64,000 nucleotides of DNA. It comes from Lytechinus pictus. Its lineage: Eukaryota. Below the pieces are notes generated by a model that made no database searches, had not been told where the DNA came from, and saw nothing but the letters and a program-made list of their open reading frames with translations. Below are positions 63,801 through 64,000 of the stretch, one piece after another. The stretch spans positions 11,844,001 to 11,908,000 of the forward strand of contig NC_087263.1 of assembly GCF_037042905.1 (NCBI RefSeq), in the 5' to 3' direction. A program made the position numbers and the translations under genes. Positions within the stretch are counted from its first letter, which is position 1; each line of letters opens with the position of its first letter.

Positions 63801-64000
63801 CAGACCATATCCCTAGAAAATTGCTTCAAGAAATGTCATTATGAAGAGGAAATGGACAAAAATTTGTGAAGAAAAATCACGAAAAAGGAAATCGCATCAT
63901 GAATATTCATATAATGGGCGGTCCCACATTTGCATGTTATAGCGAGTTTTCCATTATTTAATAAATAATGGCATTATTTAATAAATAATGGCATTATTTA
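60850..64000. mobile_element. Foldback-type element: long inverted arms with tandem-repeat outer domain (right end beyond window)
   Basis: About 61651-62659 is the near-perfect reverse complement of about 62994-64000 (coordinate sum ~125651); 31-bp and 20-bp AT-rich tandem repeats in the outer domain. Confidence 0.85.
61046..61310. repeat. 31-bp minisatellite (~8 copies) with 18-bp palindromic core
   Basis: (cattatttataaataatgattatttgttttt)n. Confidence 0.95.

Overview
AT-rich, intron-rich animal genomic DNA. The repeat landscape resembles a marine invertebrate such as a sea urchin, which is inference only. It holds three spliced genes, reconstructed by hand with consistent GT-AG phases. PATL1 (mRNA decapping scaffold PAT1) is on the minus strand, with 14 coding exons from 21690 to 5783; its first and last exons are unresolved. 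DEAF1 (SAND + MYND) is on the plus strand, with 7 coding exons at 32906-45224, head-to-head with PATL1. The first four exons of a P4HTM-like EF-hand prolyl hydroxylase lie at 56023-60027. A young Ty3/gypsy-type LTR element (25529-32014; gag + protease only) lies between the PATL1 and DEAF1 coding regions. Also present are an AcademH-type element with a RecQ fragment, hAT, Kolobok-like and other MITEs, SINEs, LINE fragments, a HINE-like element, a Penelope-like inverted repeat with a hammerhead-like motif, and a large foldback palindrome running off the right end. The most unusual signal is that several introns are filled with tandem arrays built from copies of the host gene's own exon-intron junction. 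These are a donor array in PATL1, an older degenerate donor array in PATL1, and an acceptor array in DEAF1, and they create many intact or point-inactivated decoy splice sites.
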